From: a virus
Strand: one strand, 5' to 3'
IMG/VR virus record: IMGVR_UViG_3300024346_000007
DNA length: 64,000 nucleotides
Part shown: positions 19,407-28,745 of the stretch, piece by piece
Layout of the letters: every line of letters begins with the position of its first letter
How positions within the stretch are numbered: position 1 is the stretch's first letter
Notes under the pieces: model-generated
What the model was told of the DNA's origin: nothing
Databases searched by the model: none
What the model saw: only the letters and a program-made list of their open reading frames with translations
Program-made: the position numbers and the translations under genes

Positions 19407-20987
19407 TTATAATAGCCAGGTAATATCTTCCTGTTGACCATTTACATTCATGTTATATGGGTTCACAAATTGGTTCTGGTTAGGTGCATTATTTTTACCC
19501 ACTCCTGACACTCTTGATATATTGTTTAGTAAAGCCCTTTGCATATCTATTCCTTTATTTTTATAATGAATAGCACTATCCCTAAGGAACATCCCTATAG
19601 CATAGGCCATTACACAGTCATCATGGTATCCAGATTGAGCTTGTGGCTTACTGTTTTTCCATATAAAGGTAGACATTTCTGAGACTAATCTTCTAGAATT
19701 AACAGATATACTGTGATCTCTTATGTATTGTTTGAAAGATAGTAGAACTTCCGGTCTTGTTTTTGTGGATGTTGTAAATCCAGGAGTCATTTTACTGGTA
19801 TCGTAGTTGTACATCTGGGTGATGTACTGCGATACATTTAGAGTATCCCCTTTAGGAGAATAGTATATATTATTATAATTCAATTCTAGAACATCTGTTA
19901 TCGTAGCATGTCCTAAACCTGTGTTTTCTACGATTAAAAGGGCACTGTTGTATTCAGTGGCTATGGCTACAGCAAACTTAGATAGGCTTTTGGTGTCCAT
20001 ATCTCCTCTATACTCAGCTATTTGAGATCCGCTAAACACATCTATGACTTGTATTACAGAAGAGTCAGAACCGTCTCCTTTAGCCGTATCTATGATCAGC
20101 ATATAATTACCATCTGGTTTAGGGTATTCCCATATCCAATAATCTTTGTGAGGGCCTCTTTGTTCTATAGGATCTTTTGTTCTTTCTGTGTAGTATTCTA
20201 AGTCTTCTGCTTCAAAATAGGTATCTCCAGAAGATATAAAATTACAGTCGCACTCTTGTGCAGCCATTCTTTTACCTAATTCCTTATCTTGATCTTCTCT
20301 CCATTTTTGATTTCTGCTTGGGTGTACACTCCACGGTAGCCTAACAGGGAGGAAATTATTATCTTCTGATTCTGCGCCTACCCATTGTTGGTGGAACCAC
20401 TGTCCGACTCCATTTGGAGTAGATAATACAATAGCCCTACCACCAGTTGCAAGGGTTTGCTGTGCTGATCCCCATAAATCCTCAGCATTTTCAATGAAGG
20501 CTGCCTCATCTAATACTAGCACATTAGCAGTATAACCCCTGGCACTCTCAGAGGCTCCAGAAGCTGCTTTAATCTTTGATCCATTGTTTAGGATAAGAGT
20601 TAATTTATTGTCTTCTACTGAAGGTATTTTAATCCAACTTGGTAGATTATCATAAGCAAATCTTACTTTATCTACTATATTTCTAGCTTTTTCTTGTGTA
20701 GGAGCCAGTGCTAAGATAGATTGATCTTTCTTAAAGGTCATTAGCCACAGAGCGTATGCAGCAGTAAGAGTAGTAATACCAAGCTGTCTTGATTTGAGGA
20801 TAAGAGTTCTATCGTGCTTGTTAAGTAGGAATAATAACTTTTCTTGGAATACATATGGATTGAATAACATTCGACCTTCACTGGTCTGTATATATACAAA
20901 TTTCTTTAGAAAATATACGGGGTCAGCAGCACATTTTAAGTACTCTTCCCTGATTATTTCTTTTATGGATTTTTCTTGATCCGACAT
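19407..20987 (-). CDS. terL: Terminase large subunit (T4 gp17-like)
   Basis: KSRQLGITT Walker A, VLDEAAF Walker B, STPNG, nuclease motifs IDTAKGDGSD and HDDCVMA. Confidence 0.96.
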   Translation of the reverse strand: MSDQEKSIKEIIREEYLKCAADPVYFLKKFVYIQTSEGRMLFNPYVFQEKLLFLLNKHDRTLILKSRQLGITTLTAAYALWLMTFKKDQSILALAPTQEKARNIVDKVRFAYDNLPSWIKIPSVEDNKLTLILNNGSKIKAASGASESARGYTANVLVLDEAAFIENAEDLWGSAQQTLATGGRAIVLSTPNGVGQWFHQQWVGAESEDNNFLPVRLPWSVHPSRNQKWREDQDKELGKRMAAQECDCNFISSGDTYFEAEDLEYYTERTKDPIEQRGPHKDYWIWEYPKPDGNYMLIIDTAKGDGSDSSVIQVIDVFSGSQIAEYRGDMDTKSLSKFAVAIATEYNSALLIVENTGLGHATITDVLELNYNNIYYSPKGDTLNVSQYITQMYNYDTSKMTPGFTTSTKTRPEVLLSFKQYIRDHSISVNSRRLVSEMSTFIWKNSKPQAQSGYHDDCVMAYAIGMFLRDSAIHYKNKGIDMQRALLNNISRVSGVGKNNAPNQNQFVNPYNMNVNGQQEDITWLL

Positions 20988-20988
20988 C

Positions 20989-21417
20989 TTATTTCACAAC
21001 AGCAAATCCTAAAGCTAGTAATACCAATCCTAAAGATAGTTTTTTAGCTAGCTTTTGCTTTTTTAAATCAGTTTTTAAATTAGATATATTAGAAGCATAT
21101 ACTTTCTCTTTATCCTCTTGTATTTTTATAATACCCTTATACTTGTCTATCTGCTCGTCTTTGTTTACTATTATATAATCTTTATAAGTATTTATAGATT
21201 TTAAAATATCTATATTATCTAATAATATACGCCTCTCAATTTTGATAGCATCTAAATATACTAAATCTTTTGCTACCTTCTTGGCTATATCTTTATGCAG
21301 CTTTACGGTATCGTTATTTGGTACCTGTTGTATCTTTATATCTATCTGAGAAAAACTGCTCAAGCTGATTAATGTCATAGCTGTCAACAGACTGAATTTG
21401 TATTTCATATGTTTCAT
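20989..21417 (-). CDS. Exported coiled-coil protein with C-terminal hydrophobic anchor; spanin-like partner
   Basis: Signal peptide ending SFS/Q, coiled coil, C-terminal LSLGLVLLALGFAVV; overlaps the upstream gene by about 100 nt. Confidence 0.5.
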   Translation of the reverse strand: MKHMKYKFSLLTAMTLISLSSFSQIDIKIQQVPNNDTVKLHKDIAKKVAKDLVYLDAIKIERRILLDNIDILKSINTYKDYIIVNKDEQIDKYKGIIKIQEDKEKVYASNISNLKTDLKKQKLAKKLSLGLVLLALGFAVVK

Positions 21418-21649
21418 ATATTTTTCTGACTTTACCTTGATTATCTCTTATTTTATCTTCGGCTAACTGCACCTTATGTTCAAGAGTATCTATTTTTAGT
21501 TGAGATATTTTAATAGAATCTTGTTTAATTTGTATTTCTACATTTAAGCTATCTATAGCTTGTTCATATTTAGAATCATCGTAAGATCCTGGGTATAGAA
21601 GTGCGATAGCTATTATTACTATAATGCCTGTTATAATGTACTGTTTCAT
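21314..21649 (-). CDS. i-spanin-like membrane coiled-coil protein
   Basis: N-terminal TM helix (IITGIIVIIAIALLY) followed by a coiled coil. Confidence 0.5.
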   Translation of the reverse strand: MKQYIITGIIVIIAIALLYPGSYDDSKYEQAIDSLNVEIQIKQDSIKISQLKIDTLEHKVQLAEDKIRDNQGKVRKIYETYEIQIQSVDSYDINQLEQFFSDRYKDTTGTK

Positions 21650-21650
21650 T

Positions 21651-22082
21651 TTATTTCATTGAATCTTCCCAAAATCTAAATGCTATATTTCCACGAAGAT
21701 AGGCATCTTTTTCCATATTCAAAAGATGTTTATCATTTTCTGCATACTTTGGGTCGGATAATGCATTAATGTTGTTTTGATCAAACATTCCAGAAAGGTT
21801 CTGGTTATGGTGTATCAGTTCGTGTGCATAGCTTCTCAAAACATCTTTTATGTGTCTGCCTGCTACAAATAATGTCACAGATCTCTGTGTTGGGTCGTAA
21901 TAAGCAGTTTTTCCAAAAGGATCATTAGCATTTTCAGTAGTTGCTGCTATGGTTACTTTTGGATAGGGCATTATAGTTATGCCTGAATTTTGTATATACT
22001 CAGCCAAATTAAGCAAGTATGGAACAATATTTTGTCCAGATACCTGTACGTCTTGGTTAATATTTTGATATTTTAAGTCCAT
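21651..22082 (-). CDS. Zincin-like metallopeptidase (HExxH)
   Basis: LRSYAHELIHHNQ with downstream MEKDAY. Confidence 0.7.
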   Translation of the reverse strand: MDLKYQNINQDVQVSGQNIVPYLLNLAEYIQNSGITIMPYPKVTIAATTENANDPFGKTAYYDPTQRSVTLFVAGRHIKDVLRSYAHELIHHNQNLSGMFDQNNINALSDPKYAENDKHLLNMEKDAYLRGNIAFRFWEDSMK

Positions 22083-22612
22083 TATGCTGCAGGTTCTGTT
22101 GGTATCTCTTCTTCTGGCGGAGTCTCCCCTTCAGGAGGTGTTTCTGCTGATGCTGGCTCAGATTCTGGCTCCGGTTCTTTTGTTATAGGGTTGTTTTTAA
22201 GTAATACGTTTATAGCATCTAAGGCTTGTTCATATTCTGACCTGTTAACTATATTATATTTTTTACCGCTGGCTATTACTTGGAAAGCATCAGAAGGTTT
22301 AAAATCCTCTGGGTATTGTAGTTCTAATGGGGTCGGGTCGTATTTTATATCGAAGTAGTTACCGTTAGGTATTACGACTCTGAATGTGGTAGGCTTATAA
22401 GATATACACCTAATATCTGATACTGTTTCTCTTATTTGTTCTAAAGCTGTATCATTTTTACTCTTCTGTGTTGTCAATAGTTTTAATAGCACAGAGGTAA
22501 CTTTGGGGGATTTGGCAAGAATCTTTTCTAAGTTAGATTCTGTTTCGATTGGCGTTATCTCAGCAGCTTCTAACAGCTTATTTTGAAATATATAATGATA
22601 ATTAGGTTTCAT
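22082..22612 (-). CDS. Hypothetical protein with Pro/Glu-rich tail
   Basis: 176 aa; late motif at 22618-22626; PTTFRVVIPNG core. Confidence 0.65.
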   Translation of the reverse strand: MKPNYHYIFQNKLLEAAEITPIETESNLEKILAKSPKVTSVLLKLLTTQKSKNDTALEQIRETVSDIRCISYKPTTFRVVIPNGNYFDIKYDPTPLELQYPEDFKPSDAFQVIASGKKYNIVNRSEYEQALDAINVLLKNNPITKEPEPESEPASAETPPEGETPPEEEIPTEPAA

Positions 22613-22630
22613 ATGTATATAAATATAGAC

Positions 22631-22894
22631 CTATTTGGCCTTTTCTACTTTCTTAGGCTCCCACCAGTCCGTACAATACTCTAATGGATCATATGGAATA
22701 CTCTCATTACCACTCCATTTTTTATATAGTTCATTGCTGCAATTACCTGGTTTGTCTTCTTTTCCTTCATTCCAGTAGCTGCAATTAGCGCAACAAGCCC
22801 CACCTTTAGGGACTCTAATACCAGCTTTATGATCTTTTGGGAGAATGTACTCTCCACCGCCGTATTCTTCAAGTAAACTTAATAACTTTATCAT
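22631..22894 (-). CDS. Small Cys-rich metal-binding protein with MIKLLSLLEE leader
   Basis: CCANC-x14-C-x21-CxxW pattern. Confidence 0.65.
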   Translation of the reverse strand: MIKLLSLLEEYGGGEYILPKDHKAGIRVPKGGACCANCSYWNEGKEDKPGNCSNELYKKWSGNESIPYDPLEYCTDWWEPKKVEKAK

Positions 22895-23502
22895 GTCTTT
22901 AAATAATTGTTTAATACTCCACCTATTGTTGATAAATCTAAATCAAAATCTGTAAGTTCTTTTTCTCTTAAGTCTCTTTTTTTAGTTACGTAGTCTATCC
23001 CTACAATACCTATAAATTCATTTTTTATTGTATACAAAGGAAACATATAAGCACTTTTAACATTAGCGCTGTGTATTACCGAAGTAAACCCCTCGTATTG
23101 TCTTTCTGATACAGTTGTATCTGGTATTGATATAATAGAACCCTTATATAAACTGTGTATTGATTTGCTAAATAAGCTAGCTGGAATGTTTTGAAATTGT
23201 GTTTGACAAGGTACTACTCCAGAAGATACCACTTCGTAGACCATGCTAAATTTTTGTATAGATTTTCCTGTTGGGTAAAAGTGTCCTCCATTATGAAATT
23301 GTACTAACCAAACTCTATCACTGTTGCTGTCTTTTCTTATTTCAGAAAGTTTATCAGTTATAGTCTGGTCAAACTCCATAGACTCTAACAATGAATCTTT
23401 CTTCTTTTTATCAGTTATTGACTTTACGTAATGTACCGCTACAGGACCAACTACAGAAGTTGTTACAGCAGTTATTATAGCTACTATTAGTTCTGTATTC
23501 AT
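22891..23502 (-). CDS. Putative T4 T-type holin (N-terminal TM plus GAF-like domain)
   Basis: Single N-terminal hydrophobic helix; DRVWLVQFHNG...SAYMFPLY...FIGIVGIDY is GAF-like. Confidence 0.55.
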   Translation of the reverse strand: MNTELIVAIITAVTTSVVGPVAVHYVKSITDKKKKDSLLESMEFDQTITDKLSEIRKDSNSDRVWLVQFHNGGHFYPTGKSIQKFSMVYEVVSSGVVPCQTQFQNIPASLFSKSIHSLYKGSIISIPDTTVSERQYEGFTSVIHSANVKSAYMFPLYTIKNEFIGIVGIDYVTKKRDLREKELTDFDLDLSTIGGVLNNYLKT

Positions 23503-24050
23503 TATTTTTTTGATCTGTTTTTAAACGATACTTTTGCTTTGTCAGTGTTTGATACAAATTGTTTTCCTTTTTTTGATGCTGCCACTTTCTTTTTTGATGT
23601 TGCAGCTCTTTCTGCTTTTGTTAATCTTTCTGCTTTAGCTCTAGGCAGACATCTTGTGGTTGGACTTCCTTTTTTCATAGTTCCACAAGGTCCAGCTATA
23701 TTGCCTTCAGTATCTATTCTAACCCAGTCTTCTTTATTAAACCAGCTGTGTAGGTCTTCCTCTAAATCTTCTTCCTTTATCATACCTTTACACACTTGAA
23801 CTGCTCTGCCCATCAGATAGGCTGAGTGTTTTTCTCCTGCTGCTTTTCTACGTTCAGCATATGCCTTTCCTTTAGGGCATAGCTTTTCCATAAGCATTTG
23901 GTCTGAATTATCCTCTCCGCACTTATGGCATGTATAAGGATCATCTCCTCCTTTGGACAACTTCCACGACCATCCACACTCTTCGTTTTTACACTTTATT
24001 GTGACGTCATCCTCTTCAAACAACTCTTTTAGTATGTCTATAAATTTCAC
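23502..24050 (-). CDS. Multi-module basic hypothetical protein with MKFIDILKE leader
   Basis: Zn-ribbon (CKNEEC...CHKC), CPKG...SAY module and LHSWFNKEDWV...CLP module. Confidence 0.7.
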   Translation of the reverse strand: MKFIDILKELFEEDDVTIKCKNEECGWSWKLSKGGDDPYTCHKCGEDNSDQMLMEKLCPKGKAYAERRKAAGEKHSAYLMGRAVQVCKGMIKEEDLEEDLHSWFNKEDWVRIDTEGNIAGPCGTMKKGSPTTRCLPRAKAERLTKAERAATSKKKVAASKKGKQFVSNTDKAKVSFKNRSKK

Positions 24051-24676
24051 TATTCTGCTGATTTTATAGCTTGTGCGGTAGCTATAGCGTATTGCTTTGG
24101 CCCCATTTTATCTTTGCCTCCGCCTTTCATAGCCATTGCTTTTATTATATCTTCTTTCTTAGCTTTCTCAGCTTTTGTAAGTTTTTTCTCATCTACCGGC
24201 TGAATCATTTCTTCTTCCTCATCACCTTCTTCTTCTTCTCCACCTAACTCATGGAATCCCTGAGCTGCTTGATCTATAAAGTTTTCTGCATTAGAAATAT
24301 GATCTTGAATCCATCCTGGGATGTTCCTTTCTTCATCTCCTAATTTTCTAGCTAGATCTACAGCTGACTTTATTATTGACTCTAGGCTACTTTTTGCCAT
24401 GGACACTTCATGATCTTCTCCATCAGCGCCTTCTTTAACTCTTTTAACGTTCTTCCACATTGCAGCTGCTGCCACTTTCTCTCCTTTTTCCTTAGAGCCG
24501 TACTTTTCAGCAGCTTTATCAGCTACTTTTTCAAACCCTTTACCCTTCTTACCAATATCTTTACCTGCTTTTGCCTTTTTAACTACCGCTGATTTTTCTT
24601 TTTTAGACAGTCCTGCAGAAGGTTTTTTCTTTTTTGCCTCCAGTAAGGCTTCTTTAAAAATTTCAGAGAGTTTCAT
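24050..24676 (-). CDS. Charged hypothetical head protein with MKLSEIFKE leader
   Basis: DHEVSMA...WIQDHIS module; late motif at 24694-24702. Confidence 0.7.
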   Translation of the reverse strand: MKLSEIFKEALLEAKKKKPSAGLSKKEKSAVVKKAKAGKDIGKKGKGFEKVADKAAEKYGSKEKGEKVAAAAMWKNVKRVKEGADGEDHEVSMAKSSLESIIKSAVDLARKLGDEERNIPGWIQDHISNAENFIDQAAQGFHELGGEEEEGDEEEEMIQPVDEKKLTKAEKAKKEDIIKAMAMKGGGKDKMGPKQYAIATAQAIKSAE

Positions 24677-24702
24677 TATGTTTTATTTATATGTATAAAT
24701 AT

Positions 24703-25281
24703 TTAGCTTTCGAGTCTTTCTTTCATTTCTTGTAACCCTTCTTTCCATTTTTCTACTAACTTTTCCTTATCTACCCCACCTTCCCACTCTTCTACATCCC
24801 CTTGTTCCGTTACATAGGTCTCTTTTACTGTGTTTCTTGCATACTCTTCTATGAACTGGGATGCTTCTTCTATATGGGTTACAATGTTCTTTGTAACCAT
24901 GTTTCTAGAGTATTCCTCGTATTTACCCTCCATCTTCAACTTAGTCTCCATACTAACAACACAGCCGAAGCATGTTTTGTGGATTGGGTACATCTTCTTA
25001 TCTAAAGATGTTTTCATCGGTTGAGAACAGTTTGGACATAATAAAGGCATCCTTGTTGCCTTTTTTATCTCATCTAGTTTAGTAACGGTTTGTTTTAGAC
25101 CATCTTTTATAGTCCATGTCTTTCCGTTATCTTCCCACACATCTCCTTCTAGTCTATCCTCTGTTTGTTTCTCATAACCTACCTGGGCTCCTGTAGAGTT
25201 GCCATACTTCTTGGTGATAATGTTCCTTAACCTTTGAACATCTCTTTCTTTAAACTCTTTCTTTAACTGAGTATCTGCCAT
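24703..25281 (-). CDS. Hypothetical Zn-finger protein
   Basis: GDVWEDNGKTWTIKDG motif; CPNC...CFGC. Confidence 0.7.
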   Translation of the reverse strand: MADTQLKKEFKERDVQRLRNIITKKYGNSTGAQVGYEKQTEDRLEGDVWEDNGKTWTIKDGLKQTVTKLDEIKKATRMPLLCPNCSQPMKTSLDKKMYPIHKTCFGCVVSMETKLKMEGKYEEYSRNMVTKNIVTHIEEASQFIEEYARNTVKETYVTEQGDVEEWEGGVDKEKLVEKWKEGLQEMKERLES

Positions 25282-25283
25282 AA

Positions 25284-25547
25284 CTATAGTTTTTTAATTC
25301 TTATTTTTAAATCTCCTGTACCTTTTATAGCTCTATGCCACTCTCCTCTTGATATATGAATCTGACCTTCTATTTTCATAGGAAGTCCTCCGTCTTTCTG
25401 AAAAAACCAATCGGTCTGTTTTATAGGTTCGATTATACGATCCTCTTTATCCCTATGCCACCTTAATTCTCCAGAGTCTACATCAGCTTTGAATACTCTT
25501 TCGTACCAACCTTCATTGTATATTTCTGTGTAGGGCCTGTCTTCCAT
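25284..25547 (-). CDS. Small cupin-like protein
   Basis: WHRDKEDR...WHRAIKG two-His cupin pattern. Confidence 0.6.
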   Translation of the reverse strand: MEDRPYTEIYNEGWYERVFKADVDSGELRWHRDKEDRIIEPIKQTDWFFQKDGGLPMKIEGQIHISRGEWHRAIKGTGDLKIRIKKL

Positions 25548-25548
25548 A

Positions 25549-26142
25549 TTACCAGAATCCTGTAAAATTAGATTTTAACCCAAGCATACTTGCATACCTT
25601 GGAAGTCTGCACGACCAATAACCAGCGCTAGTCTTATCTTTAGCTTGTGCACATTTATGCCTAGCTGCAAAAGATTTACGAGCCTTAGGATCATTTATCT
25701 TAGCCTTTAACCCTGTTGTATCTCCAAAAGATACTTTCTTAACACCTCCGCCTGGTTTACGTACATATACGTAGAACTTTTTACTTCCACCACGCTTTGG
25801 TTTATTTAATTCAACGTCTTTGCCTTGATGCTTCACCTCTTGTATTTGCTCCATACTCATGGGAAAGTCTAATGGAACTTTTACCCCGTTATAATAACCA
25901 TACTCTCCTAGATCAGTATTAGATAGAATTTTCTCTTCTTCCTCAGTTATTACTATTAGACCTTTCTTATATAGTTCACGAGCTTCTTTGAATAAGTCGA
26001 AGTACTTCTTAGAGAATGGTCTATAGATATTCTCTGTGAGAGGTCTATCATTATCTACATGGTACCTCAATCCTTCGGATAAAGTATCTCCAGAACAGCC
26101 GCAATCATCAAATGCTTCTAGGAATATTTCTCTTAGTTTCAT
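25549..26142 (-). CDS. Hypothetical protein with MKLREIFLE leader and basic C-terminal domain
   Basis: KKVSFGD...ARKSFAARHKC...AGYWSC module recognisable from large dsDNA viruses. Confidence 0.7.
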   Translation of the reverse strand: MKLREIFLEAFDDCGCSGDTLSEGLRYHVDNDRPLTENIYRPFSKKYFDLFKEARELYKKGLIVITEEEEKILSNTDLGEYGYYNGVKVPLDFPMSMEQIQEVKHQGKDVELNKPKRGGSKKFYVYVRKPGGGVKKVSFGDTTGLKAKINDPKARKSFAARHKCAQAKDKTSAGYWSCRLPRYASMLGLKSNFTGFW

Positions 26143-26774
26143 ATATCGTCTTGTTTAAGGGGCTCAAATACACTCTTCCAGAATCCATCACTGAATTTCT
26201 TGGTGTACTCTTCTTTATAATTTATTAGAGGTGATTTATCTTGTAGAGGCTCATCGGATAATGTCGATGGTGCTTTTAATATTCTCATGTACTCATCTAC
26301 TTGTGTATCTGAAAAATCATCAGGTAGTTCTCCTTTTACTGCTGCTCTATCATCATTTTGTATAGCTTGCTGTAAGTTTGCAGAAGATTTAAAGAATTGA
26401 GAAGGTAATAGTTGCATCCCGTAATAAGGGAATTTATCAAATTTATTTTGCAATTTTTTATTCCTTGCTGTTTTTTCATCTAGTGCTACATAAGCTGGCT
26501 TGTCGCTTTTGGCTTCAAATATAGAATATACTTCACTAAGAGGTCCGTTTTCTTTTGATTTTATAACTGTGGCTTGCGGTGAAAAACTAGACTTCATTAG
26601 CATCTCCCACATTTTTGCCTTTTGATCTTGGCTTATCGGACCGTTATCTTTCCCTATTACCACATGGACATGACTTATCTCTGGTCTATTTAATAGCCAG
26701 TACAATGCATTCAAATGCATTTTAGTTGGGGGTGCGAATTCCCCAGGATAGTAGCACGGATGTTGTTCTTGCAT
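26139..26774 (-). CDS. Cytidylyltransferase-like (HIGH-fold) protein, degenerate
   Basis: YYPGEFAPPTKMH resembles the PGxFxPPHxGH motif; C-terminal SSANLQQAI. Confidence 0.55.
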   Translation of the reverse strand: MQEQHPCYYPGEFAPPTKMHLNALYWLLNRPEISHVHVVIGKDNGPISQDQKAKMWEMLMKSSFSPQATVIKSKENGPLSEVYSIFEAKSDKPAYVALDEKTARNKKLQNKFDKFPYYGMQLLPSQFFKSSANLQQAIQNDDRAAVKGELPDDFSDTQVDEYMRILKAPSTLSDEPLQDKSPLINYKEEYTKKFSDGFWKSVFEPLKQDDI

Positions 26775-26804
26775 ATTTATTCGATACTGTTATAAATATC
26801 GAAT

Positions 26805-27353
26805 TTATCCGTTAATCATCGTTTGTTTGTAGGTAGAGGTGGAGGACTTGGCTGGTGGGTATAATTCTACATTTTCATGGAACTCAGCGGTATCTGGATC
26901 CATTATATTCATTGTTATTGTAGATTTTAATCCTTTAAGAAAAGACTCTCTTTCTTTCATCTTCATCTTTACCAGTTCTGCCTCCTTGCTAAGTCTATTC
27001 CATACAGGGTCTCCACAGGACTCGTAATCAAACTTTGTAGCTGCCTCGTATAGTTCAAACTTGACACCATGTTTGGTATTGAAAGTCTTACCATCATCTG
27101 CGTTCTTCTCTATATCTTCTCGTACTAAGTCTACAAAAGTATTTTTACCGTTATCGTCTGCCAGTTCTTTAAGACTTTTACCTGTCTCTTCTACGAACTT
27201 AAGCATCACAGCTACGTCAACAGCAGACATATCCCCGTTCATTACTGCGGTATATATGTTTGTAGCAGCTTTGGCAACCCCTTTCTTAGTTATATCTGGG
27301 GTTTGGTACTGAGTTTCATCCAGTTGGATGAGGAAGTTTGATTTATTTTCCAT
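26805..27353 (-). CDS. Hypothetical protein
   Basis: 182 aa, coupled to primase; FDYESCGDPVW...ERESFLK...PPAKSS motif. Confidence 0.65.
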   Translation of the reverse strand: MENKSNFLIQLDETQYQTPDITKKGVAKAATNIYTAVMNGDMSAVDVAVMLKFVEETGKSLKELADDNGKNTFVDLVREDIEKNADDGKTFNTKHGVKFELYEAATKFDYESCGDPVWNRLSKEAELVKMKMKERESFLKGLKSTITMNIMDPDTAEFHENVELYPPAKSSTSTYKQTMING

Positions 27354-28294
27354 TATAGTGACATTTTATATTTTAATAGTTTATTAGTTGTTAGAGGCTC
27401 CACCTGCTGAATAAGAGATAGAAACGCCTCAAACCCCATAGAAGATGGGTCTTTATCATCCATCTCTACCAAAAATACCTTCTTTCCTAGTGACATAAGA
27501 GTCTCACAGTGCTTTAAAGCCATTGCTATTGCATCTTTGTCCAAAGCTACGTATACTTTCTGTATTTTTGATTCTACTAGTTTTTTCATCAGCTTGGGAG
27601 TTATAGACTTACCCAGCAGCGGTATGGCATTACGTTTAATAGCCAGCATATCAAACCCTCCTTCACACAAAACCACAGGTATATCCCAATTAATGTACAT
27701 CTCAAATGGGATAATATCTCTAGAAGCCTGTGGGTATTTATATTTTAGCCTTACTTCTGGATCAAATGATCTCCCTACAAAGAAGTTTATCTTACCAGCA
27801 GCATCAAAAGAAGGCATTATTATTCTTTCTCCGTAAGGCCCCTCTTCACAATACCCCATCTGGTACTTGACTATATCCTGTTCTGTTACTCCTCTCTTTT
27901 TTAGATACAACATGGCGTGTTTTGCCAGTATATCGTGAGGTTTTATCTCCAATAAAGATTTATATTCTACCGGAAGTATGCCATCAAATTGCGCAGTGTC
28001 CTGGTCTTCCCTATCTGTTCTTACTATTATGTTAGCTAGGTCTCTAAGTTGGCTAGCTGTGGCACCTATTTTCCTAAATAAAGATCTTATGGTGCGTCCT
28101 TTATTACCGCATACCCAACAAGCCCATCTATTATTACCTTCGGAATCCGTAATTACATCGATCTCTATCTTTCTTTTTGATGTTCCATGAGTAGGACAAT
28201 CAGGGAAAGGGCAATGATATTTCCTGTTAGTTCTTGTTGCTTTTTCTCCGTACCCTAATACTTGATCTAATAGTCCTGAAAGAACATTCTCCAT
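27353..28294 (-). CDS. DNA primase (DnaG-type, Zn finger plus TOPRIM)
   Basis: CPFPDC...CWVC Zn finger, YLKKRGV, FFVGR, CEGGFD, ALDKDA, KDPS. Confidence 0.92.
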   Translation of the reverse strand: MENVLSGLLDQVLGYGEKATRTNRKYHCPFPDCPTHGTSKRKIEIDVITDSEGNNRWACWVCGNKGRTIRSLFRKIGATASQLRDLANIIVRTDREDQDTAQFDGILPVEYKSLLEIKPHDILAKHAMLYLKKRGVTEQDIVKYQMGYCEEGPYGERIIMPSFDAAGKINFFVGRSFDPEVRLKYKYPQASRDIIPFEMYINWDIPVVLCEGGFDMLAIKRNAIPLLGKSITPKLMKKLVESKIQKVYVALDKDAIAMALKHCETLMSLGKKVFLVEMDDKDPSSMGFEAFLSLIQQVEPLTTNKLLKYKMSL

Positions 28295-28298
28295 TAAC

Positions 28299-28329
28299 CA
28301 AAGATACGACTAAATATCTTTTCTCCAAA
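28299..28329 (-). promoter_or_regulatory. Bacteroidota-type housekeeping promoter for primase
   Basis: Minus strand TTTG(28329-28326)-N19-TATCTTTG(28306-28299), ending 4 nt before the ATG. Confidence 0.7.
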
Positions 28330-28744
28330 ACTTACCGAGAATGTTATCAACATAGCAGTTTGTAGACTCTAAGCACCCATTTATAATCTGGTGTCTTAGC
28401 TCTTGGTATGTCATCTGTTTCTTGTGGGTACATATGTGCATTATCTCCCTAATAAAGGATTCTTTACCTAGCTCCTTTACATCGACCTTAAGAGCTGCGT
28501 TAGACCCGTAATAGGTCTTCCAATCGCTTTCAGAGACTACCTTCTTTTTAGTAGGTTTCTTACCCTTACCGGTATGCTCTGATAGCTCCTTTTTTGTTAG
28601 AGGTTTATTCCTCTCTGATATTAGATTCTTTCTGCCTATGTAGAATTTGCCCCCGTCTATCTTTCTTATCTTATAGATGAAACCGTATGCATTTTCTGGA
28701 AACTGAGAGATGTCTGTTATAACCTGACCTTTGTAAAACCACAT
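28310..28744 (-). CDS. GIY-YIG family nuclease
   Basis: GFIYKI...FYIGRK, WKTYYGS, FIREI motifs. Confidence 0.75.
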   Translation of the reverse strand: MWFYKGQVITDISQFPENAYGFIYKIRKIDGGKFYIGRKNLISERNKPLTKKELSEHTGKGKKPTKKKVVSESDWKTYYGSNAALKVDVKELGKESFIREIMHICTHKKQMTYQELRHQIINGCLESTNCYVDNILGKFWRKDI

Positions 28745-28745
28745 A

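Noticed and set aside
9485-20987. Introns or inteins in terminase, portal or capsid genes
   Set aside because: Lengths are normal, motifs are contiguous and no intein splice motifs were seen.
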